54,642 bases of DNA from an uncultured virus (IMG/VR IMGVR_UViG_3300036791_001015) (IMGVR_UViG_3300036791_001015); one strand, 5' to 3'. Shown: positions 1 to 9,885, counted from the first letter of the stretch. Numbers and translations are program-made. The notes: a model not told the origin generated them from the letters alone.

Positions 1-9
1 TGTTGCACC

Positions 10-38
10 ACATAGGCCTGCACTTGTAATGCGTCAAC
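10..38 (-). promoter_or_regulatory. Leftward sigma70-type promoter pointing out of the window
   Basis: Minus strand reads GTTGAC-N17-CTATGT, preceded by TTTTTTTTTGCCTG as at the promoters at 19100, 21007 and 22048. Confidence 0.65.
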
Positions 39-125
39 CGGTTTTTGTGGAGCAGGCAAAAAAAATTCGCCGTCGCGGTAGGGTAGCACCCATTATATAA
101 TGACAAGCGCTATATGGAGGATGTC

Positions 126-350
126 ATGACGCTTGAGACCGATGAGCCACAGACAGTCATTCAAATTAGGTTTCCGCAGGCAATCTTGGACCGCATCGAT
201 GTCTGGCGGCGGAAACAGAAACTACGGCCCACGCGCGCGCAGACCATCAGGTTTCTAGTGGAAAATTCGCTGGGCGATCTGGAGCAAGAGGAGGTAAAGG
301 AGCCGATCCCTGTTCGACCGCGCCCCGAATTAAGGCGGCGCACAGCATGA
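126..350 (+). CDS. Ribbon-helix-helix (CopG/Arc-like) DNA-binding protein
   Basis: GGAGG RBS; VIQIRFPQAILDRIDVWR...TRAQTIRFLVE fits the RHH pattern. Confidence 0.7.
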   Translation: MTLETDEPQTVIQIRFPQAILDRIDVWRRKQKLRPTRAQTIRFLVENSLGDLEQEEVKEPIPVRPRPELRRRTA

Positions 351-631
351 CTGACCAACAAAAGCTCGCCGCCCACCGGCAGCGGCTCTTCGAGGCCCGC
401 CGCTTGGGACCGCTGGCGACGTATCGCCTACGTGCTGAACTCCTTCTGGAGAAGCCCGATCTGGAGCTAAGCAATATCGAGCGCGAGGAACTGGAGCGGA
501 TCGCCGCCAGCCCGCGCAAGAACGATCTGGCATATCTCCAGCAGTGGCGCGGTGTGAACGCGCGACCGGGAGCTAAGCTCGGCGAGCCACGGCGCAAGCT
601 GCGGATCAGCCCGCCAAGACCGCAATGCTGA
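347..631 (+). CDS. Hypothetical protein
   Basis: ATGA overlap with the upstream gene. Confidence 0.6.
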   Translation: MTDQQKLAAHRQRLFEARRLGPLATYRLRAELLLEKPDLELSNIEREELERIAASPRKNDLAYLQQWRGVNARPGAKLGEPRRKLRISPPRPQC

Positions 632-685
632 GCCAATACAACTTTTAAGTGTAACGCCAGGGAATATTAAAACTAAAAATCTACG

Positions 686-715
686 TTGACATTTGGGGCG
701 GATATATCATATTAT
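686..715 (+). promoter_or_regulatory. Sigma70-type promoter, possibly giving a leaderless mRNA
   Basis: TTGACA at 686 and AT-rich -10 (TATTAT at 710) just before ATG 721; no RBS. Confidence 0.5.
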
Positions 716-720
716 GTAAT

Positions 721-1545
721 ATGCCTGACATCGATCTGACAATCGAGGAGACCGGCCTGCCGCAAGAGGCGGGAGATGAGGCTAGCCTAGCCTTATCTCC
801 CTCCGACGAGGATATATCGCTGCCGCCGCCATTGGACCTAAGCCATGCCGAGGAGTGGAGCGAGCGGCAGTCTCAGGAATGGACCGATCTCAGCCAGGAC
901 GAAAAAGACCACGTGTTGCTGGCCGAGGACATCCTGCTAGTCCGGACGCATCACAGCTTGCACGAAAATCTCCAAATCGGGCGCGGCCTGTGGATATTCC
1001 AACAATACGTTCAGCGAATATCCGGAGCTACCAGCCTGCGCGATTACGTCTACAGGCGCATGTTCAACAGCAAGGCGACGCCTGAGATCAAGGCGCTACC
1101 CCCCACCAAGCGCGCCGAATTCATCTGGCTGTGGACCCATCACGAAGAACTATTGGTATGGTGGGGTCGCCTGGATGACCGCGCGCGGCGACGCTGGAAT
1201 AATCCAGCAGTGGTCCGCACGCGATATCTGATGGATGAGCACATCCTCCCATCCCCCAACACGATGGTTCATCCCCACAATCCCCATAAGGAAATACCGC
1301 TGGTCTCGCCCCCAGGCATGACAGCGCAAGCGGAGCGCTCTGCCACCTTCCAGGCCAACGAGGCTGTCCGCTTGCGGTCACTGATGGACGAGCGGGCGCG
1401 CAATCCGGCGACCGATATCGAGACGGCGATCGACAACGCGCTCGAACGGGGGCTGCAACAAGCGGAAGACTGGCCCGCGCTACATGCGATCATCACCCGG
1501 TTCATTTACAAAATGAATGAACGTTATGGAGAACCGACCACTTGA
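721..1545 (+). CDS. Hypothetical phage protein
   Basis: 274-aa ORF with an acidic N-terminus and a Trp-rich helical core. Confidence 0.75.
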   Translation: MPDIDLTIEETGLPQEAGDEASLALSPSDEDISLPPPLDLSHAEEWSERQSQEWTDLSQDEKDHVLLAEDILLVRTHHSLHENLQIGRGLWIFQQYVQRISGATSLRDYVYRRMFNSKATPEIKALPPTKRAEFIWLWTHHEELLVWWGRLDDRARRRWNNPAVVRTRYLMDEHILPSPNTMVHPHNPHKEIPLVSPPGMTAQAERSATFQANEAVRLRSLMDERARNPATDIETAIDNALERGLQQAEDWPALHAIITRFIYKMNERYGEPTT

Positions 1546-1634
1546 ATATCAGCGGAGGCGCATTAATTCTGGTGAGATTTCGTGACAAATCACTGGGCCT
1601 CTATGGCCATTCTATGAGCGAGGAGCACCTGCAA

Positions 1635-1850
1635 ATGGCAATGAGCGACAAGGAACGGCAAGCAAAGCGTCGAAAGAAGCTCGCGGACCGGGGCATTAGC
1701 ACGGTAACAGTGCCTTGGCCCCATAGCTGTCCGCACGCCGAATTATATCTGGTCGGTGAATTTCTGATCGCCAATCCCGACTGCTCGTTTGTGCCATGTT
1801 ATCGCGACGCACGCGGGCGGCTTTATACGCTGCGCGAAAACCGTGGCTGA
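1635..1850 (+). CDS. Hypothetical protein
   Basis: GAGGAG RBS before ATG 1635; basic MSDKERQAKRRKK start typical of small phage DNA-binding proteins. Confidence 0.6.
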   Translation: MAMSDKERQAKRRKKLADRGISTVTVPWPHSCPHAELYLVGEFLIANPDCSFVPCYRDARGRLYTLRENRG

Positions 1851-1892
1851 CAATGCCTTATATATACGCGCACGCACGCGAGGGAGAAGCAC

Positions 1893-2411
1893 ATGATATT
1901 ACGACGCAAAGCCCAAAACGATCCCAAGGGATTTTCTATCAATGACGGTATGACCGAGGAGGAAGAGCGGGCAGTAACACGGGCTTGGATCGCACAACGC
2001 CAAGCTGGAGAAAATGTGCCATTCCCTCGCAGGCCAGTTCGAAAGGGGCGGCTATTTATAGAGAACAGAGGCTCTCAGCCATCCTTTATCGCCGATCTGC
2101 GGGAAGGAACGCGCTGGCCCAGTATGCAAAGCGACGGCTCCGACAGCTTCAGTCTACCGGGCACGGTACGCCGATGCTTCCCACATTTCCGCGAAGATGA
2201 ACGTGGGTCCACATACGCGATCGATATCGACTGGAACGACATCATCGAGATGATCAAATTCCTGGCGACCAAGGATCATTATCCGCCAGCCGTCGCGCTC
2301 CTGGCACAGATCGAGGCGCAACACGAACCGACGCGATCGTGGCGATTGTGGCTGGCTGAGCTTTGGCAGCGGATACGAAGCCTCATCGGCCTGACGAGGC
2401 AGCATGCCTAA
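1893..2411 (+). CDS. Hypothetical protein
   Basis: GGGAGA RBS; 172 aa; amphipathic C-terminal helix. Confidence 0.65.
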   Translation: MILRRKAQNDPKGFSINDGMTEEEERAVTRAWIAQRQAGENVPFPRRPVRKGRLFIENRGSQPSFIADLREGTRWPSMQSDGSDSFSLPGTVRRCFPHFREDERGSTYAIDIDWNDIIEMIKFLATKDHYPPAVALLAQIEAQHEPTRSWRLWLAELWQRIRSLIGLTRQHA

Positions 2412-2520
2412 AAAGAACCGGGCGCGCTCAAGGCCTAGACGGGGGACGAGAAGGCCTTCGATAGATCGCGAGCGCGCCCGGCGGGGGACAGCCAGTATGT
2501 ATAGCGGCCTTACCGGTTAT

Positions 2521-2973
2521 TCAAGCGACAAGCTCAGCCCGCCGCACCAAACGATAAAGCAGCCTGCTGCTGTGGTAGCCAGGATAGCACTGCTCCATCG
2601 CCCGCGAGATTTCGCTGATCCCCGCAAGCAGGGAAACGGTATCGATCCGCTCCTTGCGCCCACCCAGATACGCGGCTATCGCCTTGACGCTGAGCAGTAC
2701 CAGCCCCCGCACTTGGGTCTCGTTCAATTCGGCGATCTGCTCGCCGTACCAGTCAAAGAGCGCGGTGGTCTGGGCATCGATCTTGTATTTTCTGAGGCCC
2801 GCAAGCGGTGTGCGCTCGCGGGTGATCTCAAAGACCGCGTCGCGGACATATTCCGCGCGGCGCGACAGCGGCTCGCGGTTGCCGCCCTGGAGCAAGGCAA
2901 TCTCGGCCTGCAACTGGCGGCGCTCGTCAGCCGTCAGTTCACCGATCGCGTCGAGGATCGCAGAACGTTGCAT
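2521..2973 (-). CDS. Hypothetical protein
   Basis: 150-aa helical ORF with more protein-like composition than the overlapping + frames. Confidence 0.55.
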   Translation of the reverse strand: MQRSAILDAIGELTADERRQLQAEIALLQGGNREPLSRRAEYVRDAVFEITRERTPLAGLRKYKIDAQTTALFDWYGEQIAELNETQVRGLVLLSVKAIAAYLGGRKERIDTVSLLAGISEISRAMEQCYPGYHSSRLLYRLVRRAELVA

Positions 2974-3046
2974 GGCGATATCATATCCTGATTTTATTGC
3001 AATTCAACCAATATCCCGTGTTATCTCGATGAACAAGGAGAACGGC

Positions 3047-3379
3047 ATGGCGATCCCTGACGACTGGATCGAACCTGACGTGGTCGAATTCACCTGCCCT
3101 GGCTGCGGTCGGCTGATTATCGGCATCACCATGTTCCGGATGTGGCCACGGATTTGCGGGGCCTGCCTCACCACGCCTTGCTGGCTCGATATGCCCGAGA
3201 TGGCGAAGGCGCTCGATCCGTTTGGCGATTGCGATCCCAGCCTGCGGACCATGACGACCACGGAAGTCGAATGCCGCAGCATCTGGCTCCACGCCTGCCT
3301 TGCTCACTTTAGCGCGAGAACTCGGATCATCGAGGACGTGGTCGATTGGGATCGGACCGAGCAGCAATGGTTGCACTGA
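3047..3379 (+). CDS. Zn-finger hypothetical protein
   Basis: AAGGAG RBS; CPGC...CGAC. Confidence 0.65.
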   Translation: MAIPDDWIEPDVVEFTCPGCGRLIIGITMFRMWPRICGACLTTPCWLDMPEMAKALDPFGDCDPSLRTMTTTEVECRSIWLHACLAHFSARTRIIEDVVDWDRTEQQWLH

Positions 3380-3427
3380 TAGATGTGGCTACGATATTCC
3401 CAAGGCACCGGCAGAAATGGTTCCCCC

Positions 3428-3484
3428 ATTGACATAGTCGATGATATTTGCTATGTAGCAACTCACAGGAATTATTCCTGCGAG
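3428..3484 (+). promoter_or_regulatory. Promoter with a 5' leader hairpin
   Basis: ATTGAC-N17-CTATGT followed by CTC-A-CAGGAA-TTA-TTCCTG-C-GAG. Confidence 0.65.
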
Positions 3485-3492
3485 AGGAACCG

Positions 3493-3816
3493 ATGAAAGT
3501 CTATGTGAGGCATAATCACCACACCGGAGAGACATGCTGTAGTTCCAGTCTCGCGGCAATGACGCAAGACTACGGTGAGCAGTTAAGCGGCCCGTTTTCA
3601 GCATCACCGATGACCGGGGAGCCGGTGCGAGCACCGCACATATCGTGGTGGATCAATGACAGCGAGCACGAATACACAATAAGGGAATATGATCCCCCTG
3701 ATGAAGTCATCCAGCATGCAGTTCTGGAAATAATGTGTTATGGGCAAGAAACACCTGAACACGATGAGCTAGTTAAGCTGGTTAGCCGCTGGTACGGGTG
3801 GCCGCAAGAGGCTTAG
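3493..3816 (+). CDS. Hypothetical protein
   Basis: GAGG RBS downstream of the promoter. Confidence 0.65.
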   Translation: MKVYVRHNHHTGETCCSSSLAAMTQDYGEQLSGPFSASPMTGEPVRAPHISWWINDSEHEYTIREYDPPDEVIQHAVLEIMCYGQETPEHDELVKLVSRWYGWPQEA

Positions 3817-3906
3817 CCTGTCGCCAGATATACGGCGACCACGACAACGCCCAACGCAATGAGGACACAAAGCAGGGCAAGCAAGAACTGTTCGAGGATT
3901 TCCCGC

Positions 3907-4128
3907 ATGCGCAGCATCCACGTCGGCGACGGCAAAATCTGCCGCCACTGTCATACCCAGATGCGCCGATTTGAGCATCCCCAGGAATGGCAACCCAAGC
4001 CGAGGCAGCGCTACTTTTTCCTCTGGTGGGATATCTGCCCGGTGGCGGACGGGGGCTGCGGCAGAATTTTTCAATATGAGGAAGCCAAGCGCTCATCATG
4101 GCGGCGAACCGGGTATATAGAGGCATAG
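3907..4128 (+). CDS. Zn-binding hypothetical protein (start uncertain)
   Basis: CRHC...C-x6-C. Confidence 0.5.
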   Translation: MRSIHVGDGKICRHCHTQMRRFEHPQEWQPKPRQRYFFLWWDICPVADGGCGRIFQYEEAKRSSWRRTGYIEA

Positions 4129-4667
4129 GACCGACAGGAGGCGTGGAGACCGATGCTCTGGTTGGCGAGCTTGAACGCCCAGACAGCGGAGAATTGCGCC
4201 TGTTGGAATGGGTGCTTTCCGGTTGAGCCACGATCGAACCGGTTCCCACGGGGGGACTTCGCCGGTCAAAGAGGGAGCGCTGGGGCTTGCCCCAGTCCGA
4301 CCGGACTTCCGACCCCCGGAATGCGTGATGACGCGCTGACGGACAACCAAGTCCAATTAACCCCGATGCATCTTGCGGGGGAGGCGACTGGCCTCGATAG
4401 AGGCAGGCTTGGCTATACGTGGGTTAAAAGTCATCCCCTGGAACGCGCACCGATGATCCGTGATGATGGTTCAATAGTTGGGCAGACAGCAGGCGGCGGG
4501 CGAATTTTTTTGGCTGTAACTTGATACCCTGTTTTTTTCCAAATTCGATTTCCCCGTACAATGCCCCTGTCTAAGGCCTGTTTTCTGCCTGCCCAGCAGT
4601 TTGGACGTGAACGGGGAGGGAGGGGAGCGGAAGGGAAGATTATGCCTGGACCACGTGGAGAGAATAA

Positions 4668-5345
4668 ATGCTGCACGCTTCATTAATCGATATCCCGATG
4701 CCCGACCGCATCAAGCGCCTGCCGCTCGATCACCGGGGCTTCCCCGTGCCGTGGTTTGTGGCGTGGATCGTCCCGCCCAATGTCGAGGCCGAGCCGCAGG
4801 CCGACCACCGGGTGATCCGCCAAAGCGCGATGCAGCCAGCGGTCCGCAAAAGGCTGTGCTGGACCTGTGGCGAGCCGCTGGGCCGCACCTTTGTCTCGCT
4901 GATCGGCTGCATGTGCTCCGTCAATCGGGTGATCTCCGAGCCACCCAGCCACCGTGACTGCGCCGAATACGCGGTCAGGGCCTGCCCCTTTCTGGCGCGC
5001 CCGCAGATGCACCGCCGTGAGGCCGGTCTCCCCGAGCAGCGCGTCGCCGCCGCTGGCATGGCGCTCGCGCGTAATCCTGGCGTGGTATGTTTGTGGATAA
5101 GCCGTGTATATCCCAAGCCGTTCCGCGCCTCCGCCGGGCAGGCTGGAACTCTGTTTCAACTCGGTGAGCCGGAAGAGACTGTGTGGTATCGGGAGGGACG
5201 CCTTGCGACACGGCAGGAAGTCATCGACGCGATCGACGACGGCCTCCCCAATCTACTAAAGCCCGCGCGCGAGGAGGGACTGGAGGCGATTACCGAACTC
5301 GCGCGGCTGCACAAGCGGGCGCTGAATTACCTGCCTGCTGCATGA
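4668..5345 (+). CDS. Conserved phage Zn-binding hypothetical protein
   Basis: RGFPVPWFV, CWTCGEPLG and HRDCAEYAVRACPFL motifs recurrent in phage proteins. Confidence 0.8.
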   Translation: MLHASLIDIPMPDRIKRLPLDHRGFPVPWFVAWIVPPNVEAEPQADHRVIRQSAMQPAVRKRLCWTCGEPLGRTFVSLIGCMCSVNRVISEPPSHRDCAEYAVRACPFLARPQMHRREAGLPEQRVAAAGMALARNPGVVCLWISRVYPKPFRASAGQAGTLFQLGEPEETVWYREGRLATRQEVIDAIDDGLPNLLKPAREEGLEAITELARLHKRALNYLPAA

Positions 5346-5545
5346 GCGCCGACGAGCACCTGAAGGCGGCGTTTGCCGCGTTGCTGAAAGGCGATCTGGC
5401 CGAGCGCGATCGGCAGGCGGCGCTCGCCGAGGCGGCGCTTAACGCCACGCCAGATAAGGCGATAAAGCGCCTGATGGAAATTGACTTCTTTGTCACGCCA
5501 CGGGGCACGGTGATCCCAGCGGTCAAGATGATGCCGCGCGCCTGA
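5342..5545 (+). CDS. Hypothetical protein
   Basis: ATGA coupling to the upstream gene. Confidence 0.6.
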   Translation: MSADEHLKAAFAALLKGDLAERDRQAALAEAALNATPDKAIKRLMEIDFFVTPRGTVIPAVKMMPRA

Positions 5546-5688
5546 TGGGCCGCTTTGAGTGGATGCTTATCCTCGCTCTCGTCACCTTCGCTGTCGTCGT
5601 CGGCGTAGGCGCGTATTTTGCTGGGTCGATCCCGCCGCGCCCGATCGAGATATTCATCCATTTCGGACCGGAAAAAAAAGTGCAATAG
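5545..5688 (+). CDS. Small membrane protein (47 aa, below the ORF-track cutoff)
   Basis: TGATG overlap; MGRFEWMLILALVTFAVVVGVGAYFAG hydrophobic helix. Confidence 0.55.
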   Translation: MGRFEWMLILALVTFAVVVGVGAYFAGSIPPRPIEIFIHFGPEKKVQ

Positions 5689-5702
5689 GCCCAAAAATAC
5701 CT

Positions 5703-5763
5703 ATTGCAATCTGAGCGGCTCTCCACTATATGTATTGTGCGGACGGGAAATGGTTTCCGCCGC
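5703..5763 (+). promoter_or_regulatory. Promoter plus conserved bulged hairpin (copy 1)
   Basis: ATTGCA-N17-CTATAT-N7-GCGG A CGGGAA ATGG TTTCCG CCGC. Confidence 0.8.
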
Positions 5764-5780
5764 CAATGGAGGAGCCTCCA

Positions 5781-7142
5781 ATGGCCATGAATTGGCCCCG
5801 GTGGATAAAGCGGGAGTGGTCGCGGGTCGCGGCTGGGGCGCATAGCGCCAATCCGCAGTCCTTCGCGATGCTGCCATCCGCGCTGCGGGAGCCATCCTAC
5901 GGCGATATCGACGCGTGCTTTGAGCACTACCGGCAGATCGCGCTAAACGCCAGTCGGCACGTCGAGATTACCCTCAATCCCGACAGCAGCATTCCTTACA
6001 ACATGGCGCGGTGCGTGTGGCTGGCGGATGAGCTAGCCAGCGACAGCCCGGTCCTCTCGGGCTGGCGGCTGAGCAGCGCGCGGCGGCGGGCCTTCGACCG
6101 GTTTAATTTCACGCTCGTCCCCTTGGGGCGGTCGGCGGGTCTCGCGGTGCAGGTCAGTCAAGTGTCGCGGCCCCGGTGGCGGAGCGATGCGGCCTGGAAC
6201 ATCGTGCGGGTCAAGTGGCTTGAGGCACAGGTCTCGCATCTGATCCTCAGCGGTGCCGCCAACGTCGAGACCGTGCCAGTGACCGTGCCTGAGGCGGCGG
6301 TAACGGGTGCAGTCGGGCCTGCGGTCATCGTCTGGAACGAGCAGACCTACGGTGTCGAAATCGAGTGCTACCGGCCACTGAATATCTCGATGGCCGAATT
6401 CGCGCGGCGGCTGACCGATGCGGGCCTGCCCTGCCAGGATGAGGGTTACAACCACTTGCTGCGGGGCCACTGGAAGATCGTCACGGATGGTTCGCTCAAC
6501 AACGCGCCTCCAGGGCATATCGGGATGGAGGTAGTCTCTCCGATCCTGCAAGGCGAGACCGATTTCGAAAAAATCCGGACGGTCTCCTCGATCCTGCTCG
6601 CGGCACGGTGCCGGATCAACAAGTCAACCGGGCTGCATGTCCACGTGGGTCTGCCACGGTTGCGGAATGAGCCGGTCGGTCTGCCGATGAATGTTCTGCG
6701 GCTTTACAGCCATTATGAAAAGGTGATCGACAGCCTGATGCCGGAAAGCCGGCGGGGCACGATGGCCTACTACGCCCAGCCGATCGGCTTTGGTCCTGGG
6801 CTGGCGCGGGCCACCACGACCGCTGCGCTGCGGCAAGCCTACAATGTCGGTCACATGCACCGGGAGCGGTATCGGAAGGTCAATCTGGAGGCGGTCGGGC
6901 GGCACGGCACGCTGGAATTCCGGCAGCACGCTGGGACGATCGAGGCCGAGAAGATCATCAACTGGGTGACGCTGGTCCTCAAGCTGATGGCGACCGCCAG
7001 CACCGCGCCAGCGCTCCCTGAGGGGCCTGCCACACTCTCTGGTCTGATGAGCTTCATCGGGGCCAATGACGCGGCGGAGGCCTTCTGGACACGGCGGCAG
7101 GCACTGCTCGCCCCCGCGAATATGCGGGCCGCAGCAGACTAG
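5781..7142 (+). CDS. Putative amidoligase (COOH-NH2 ligase, Amidoligase_2 type) with an N-terminal extension
   Basis: TYGVEIE, WKIVTDGSL, EVVSPIL, TGLHVHVG, RYRKVNL and TLEFRQHAGT motifs; GGAGGAG RBS. Confidence 0.9.
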   Translation: MAMNWPRWIKREWSRVAAGAHSANPQSFAMLPSALREPSYGDIDACFEHYRQIALNASRHVEITLNPDSSIPYNMARCVWLADELASDSPVLSGWRLSSARRRAFDRFNFTLVPLGRSAGLAVQVSQVSRPRWRSDAAWNIVRVKWLEAQVSHLILSGAANVETVPVTVPEAAVTGAVGPAVIVWNEQTYGVEIECYRPLNISMAEFARRLTDAGLPCQDEGYNHLLRGHWKIVTDGSLNNAPPGHIGMEVVSPILQGETDFEKIRTVSSILLAARCRINKSTGLHVHVGLPRLRNEPVGLPMNVLRLYSHYEKVIDSLMPESRRGTMAYYAQPIGFGPGLARATTTAALRQAYNVGHMHRERYRKVNLEAVGRHGTLEFRQHAGTIEAEKIINWVTLVLKLMATASTAPALPEGPATLSGLMSFIGANDAAEAFWTRRQALLAPANMRAAAD

Positions 7143-7154
7143 ACATTAAACTGA

Positions 7155-7181
7155 CGGGCGGCGGGATCGTCTCGCCGCCCG
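7155..7181 (+). terminator. Strong GC hairpin after the amidoligase (no U tract)
   Basis: CGGGCGGCGGGA-TCG-TCTCGCCGCCCG. Confidence 0.45.
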
Positions 7182-7205
7182 AATTGCAAGCAAGGGAGCA
7201 CACCA

Positions 7206-7463
7206 ATGGTTAGGACCAATGACGGCCAGACACTGCGGGCGATCGAAGCGGAGGATATCGTCGCGGAGCTAAACGATCTGAGCTACACGCCGGAAGATAC
7301 ACCGGGGCAGTTTATGACCGCGAGCGCGGGACGCATTCTCGCCTTCTCAGGCGCGAAAATCCGCACCGACAATGCCGCAAACTATGTCGCCGATCTCTTC
7401 AGTTTTGGCTTCCTCACCACTGACGAGGAACCGCTGAAGGGAAAGCCCCGCGCGAAGCCCTGA
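7206..7463 (+). CDS. Hypothetical protein
   Basis: GGGAG RBS; 85 aa. Confidence 0.7.
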   Translation: MVRTNDGQTLRAIEAEDIVAELNDLSYTPEDTPGQFMTASAGRILAFSGAKIRTDNAANYVADLFSFGFLTTDEEPLKGKPRAKP

Positions 7464-7567
7464 GAGCCTGATGGATGCCAAAGACGGCCTGGACACCGTT
7501 CGACGCCGCTTTGCGCATCCTGAGGGGCCGCAGCGGCTCCAGCGCCGATCCTGAGAGGGAGGAGACC

Positions 7568-8596
7568 GTGTTAAACACCAGCGGGATTAATCTTCGTGGC
7601 TACCACCGCGAGATTATCGACTATATGCGTGATACGTATGGCATCGAGGATGTCACGGTAAAGCGCGGAGGGAAGCACCTTCAGCTTGAATATGTCTACG
7701 CGGGGCGCAGGCACAAAAACACCCTGCCCCGTAACAATTACAGCGACCGCAACTGGCTCGACACCAGAAAGCACGATCTACGAAAAGAACTGGGTGAGCC
7801 ACCGTCGCTCGCCCCCGACGCCAAGAGTAAAAGGAGCCTCGATGACATGACCAACGAAATTCAAGCCAAGGCCGATCTGATGACCACCACGGCGATCGGG
7901 GCGGTGATCGAGCCGATCGCCAAGCCGACGATATCGCAGCCGCAGCCGATCTCGCCGGGCACTGGCAAGACCACCACCACCAAGCCGGTGGTGCAGCAGA
8001 AGACATTTGCCTGCACGATCGGCGCGCTGAAAAACGATATCGCCTTCTATCTCGGACGCGAACTGGCCGAGGCAATGGACCGGCAGTTTGGCAAGAACCG
8101 GCGCTATGTCGTCGTCTATCACTACCCCAACGCCTGGACCGCCAAGCCGTCGCGCGACGCAGGACGGGCGATCGAGGAGCCAAACCACCGCCTGCGCTGC
8201 ACCGGAACCGAGGTGATAAAGCGGCTGGGGGGCCGGTTCCCTGCAACCAAGGCCGAGGCGATCGTGCGGCACAACCGTGTCGAACTGCGCCTGACCGAGC
8301 CGATGGAACTGGTCAAGGCGATCTTGGACGCGATCGAGACGCCGCCTGCGCAGGAGGCCGCTCGCCCGGCGGCTGCACCTTACACCGCGCCCATGCCAAT
8401 ACCGGAACCGGTGCCTGTGCCGGAACCGCCGCCTGCGCCACCACCACCACCACCGCCGCCGGTCAATCAACGCGAGCGGCTGCGCGCCGTACTGCGGGCG
8501 ATAAAAGAAATCGAAGACGAAGGCATCTACACCCTAATCCCCGGTGATCAATGGCGCTGGCGGGCCTACGACATCAAGCTGGAGGATGACGAGTGA
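7568..8596 (+). CDS. Multidomain hypothetical protein with a HicA-like N-terminus and a Pro-rich linker
   Basis: GGAGGAG RBS plus GTG start; VTVKRGGKHLQLEY resembles the HicA/dsRBD GxH motif. Confidence 0.7.
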   Translation: MLNTSGINLRGYHREIIDYMRDTYGIEDVTVKRGGKHLQLEYVYAGRRHKNTLPRNNYSDRNWLDTRKHDLRKELGEPPSLAPDAKSKRSLDDMTNEIQAKADLMTTTAIGAVIEPIAKPTISQPQPISPGTGKTTTTKPVVQQKTFACTIGALKNDIAFYLGRELAEAMDRQFGKNRRYVVVYHYPNAWTAKPSRDAGRAIEEPNHRLRCTGTEVIKRLGGRFPATKAEAIVRHNRVELRLTEPMELVKAILDAIETPPAQEAARPAAAPYTAPMPIPEPVPVPEPPPAPPPPPPPPVNQRERLRAVLRAIKEIEDEGIYTLIPGDQWRWRAYDIKLEDDE

Positions 8597-8817
8597 TGAG
8601 CATACCAGCGACCAACGAGATCAAGATGTACTTCCACTGCAAGCGATGTCTGGCGGAGAAACCACCGGATATCTCGCCTCGTGACTGGGCCGCAACCGAG
8701 GCCGGGTTTACCCCGCAGGGCATCCAGATTTGGTGCAAGCGGCACGAGATCAACATCATGCACATGGATTTCGAAGGGCAGAAGCATCCCGCTAATGCCA
8801 GCGCACTGGAGGACTGA
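8593..8817 (+). CDS. Conserved phage hypothetical protein
   Basis: HCKRC...GIQIWCKRH; coupled start. Confidence 0.7.
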   Translation: MMSIPATNEIKMYFHCKRCLAEKPPDISPRDWAATEAGFTPQGIQIWCKRHEINIMHMDFEGQKHPANASALED

Positions 8818-8819
8818 AC

Positions 8820-9089
8820 ATGCAAAATCTTTCCGCACGGATCGACGCCGAGACGTTCACGGCACTGATCAGTGGCAAAGTGGTCGAGCTTGTCGCGCTC
8901 GACACACGGCATCCTAGCAATGGCGAGGACGGCAGACCGGTGGTTATGGTCAGGACGATCCTCGCCGATATCGGCTTCGCTCAGATGCGGGCCTTGCTGG
9001 ACGAGGCCGAGGCGGCGGCGCGGGCCAAATGGGAAGGCGAACTGCCCGAGCCGTGCATCATCCCGCCGGGCGAGCCGCCGCGCCCATGA
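8820..9089 (+). CDS. Hypothetical protein
   Basis: GGAGG RBS; tightly packed. Confidence 0.65.
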   Translation: MQNLSARIDAETFTALISGKVVELVALDTRHPSNGEDGRPVVMVRTILADIGFAQMRALLDEAEAAARAKWEGELPEPCIIPPGEPPRP

Positions 9090-9251
9090 TCAAGGAGGCG
9101 GCGGATTGAGGCCCAACATTATCGATATCGGCGCGGCCAGTTGCATGGTGCTCCTTGCGTATGTCAATCGGGCGTCGCATTGGTACTGGCCGCTAATATC
9201 CTCCGCGACCGGTATCCTCATCGGCAGTCTGATCTCTTCATGGTGGCTCTG

Positions 9252-9491
9252 ATGGAACTGACCGAGCAAGAGCAGTATCTGATCCGCACCTATCTGGCCG
9301 ATGCCACCATGCGCATCCAGCGGGAACTCGGCTCGCCCAAGCACGGGCCGGATGAACTGCTGCCAAGCGTCCTGGCGCAACTGATCTCGCTGGCGCACAT
9401 GATCGCCACGATCAATCTCGGTCTCTCCGAGGAGGACTTTATCGAGGCCTGTATGGCGGGGAGCGACACCGCCTCAAAATTCCGCAACTGA
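9252..9491 (+). CDS. Hypothetical protein
   Basis: TGATG coupling; helical. Confidence 0.6.
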   Translation: MELTEQEQYLIRTYLADATMRIQRELGSPKHGPDELLPSVLAQLISLAHMIATINLGLSEEDFIEACMAGSDTASKFRN

Positions 9492-9492
9492 C

Positions 9493-9885
9493 ATGGCTAT
9501 CGTGTATTTCAAGCTTATCCGAAAGATCGCGGTGCCCTGCCGCGATATGTTCGACTGGGCGATGTGGTTTGAGGATGCCGACCGGCAGGTCGGCTTGACC
9601 GATATCGGCCCGATGACCGTCTCGACGGTCTTTATCGGTCTGCACCACGGCTTAAACGACAAGCCGAAGCTCTTCGAGACGATGATCATGAGCGGCGACG
9701 AGAAGATCATCAAGCTGAGCGAGCGCTCCAGGCTGATCCAAGATTTCCTCGATTACCAGACACGCTGCGAGACATGGGGCGAGGCCGAGGAGATGCACCG
9801 CGTCGCCTGTGCGTGGGCCACTGAGCAACTGGCCAAAGTCGATAATATTATTCGCCTGCCGGATCGATCCTCCCTTGACAAATAG
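9493..9885 (+). CDS. Conserved phage hypothetical protein
   Basis: VSTVFIGL...KLFETMI...CETWGEAEEMH motif recurrent in phages. Confidence 0.75.
   Translation: MAIVYFKLIRKIAVPCRDMFDWAMWFEDADRQVGLTDIGPMTVSTVFIGLHHGLNDKPKLFETMIMSGDEKIIKLSERSRLIQDFLDYQTRCETWGEAEEMHRVACAWATEQLAKVDNIIRLPDRSSLDK

Noticed and set aside
2404..2991. 195-aa + strand ORF and other long overlapping ORFs (e.g. 10694-11554, 12697-13515, 49374-50015)
   Set aside because: Shadow frames of better-supported genes on the opposite strand in high-GC or repetitive DNA
3409..3427. GGCAGAAATGGTTCCCC resembling the hairpin core
   Set aside because: Stem does not pair and it lies upstream of the -35 box, so it was not counted as a copy
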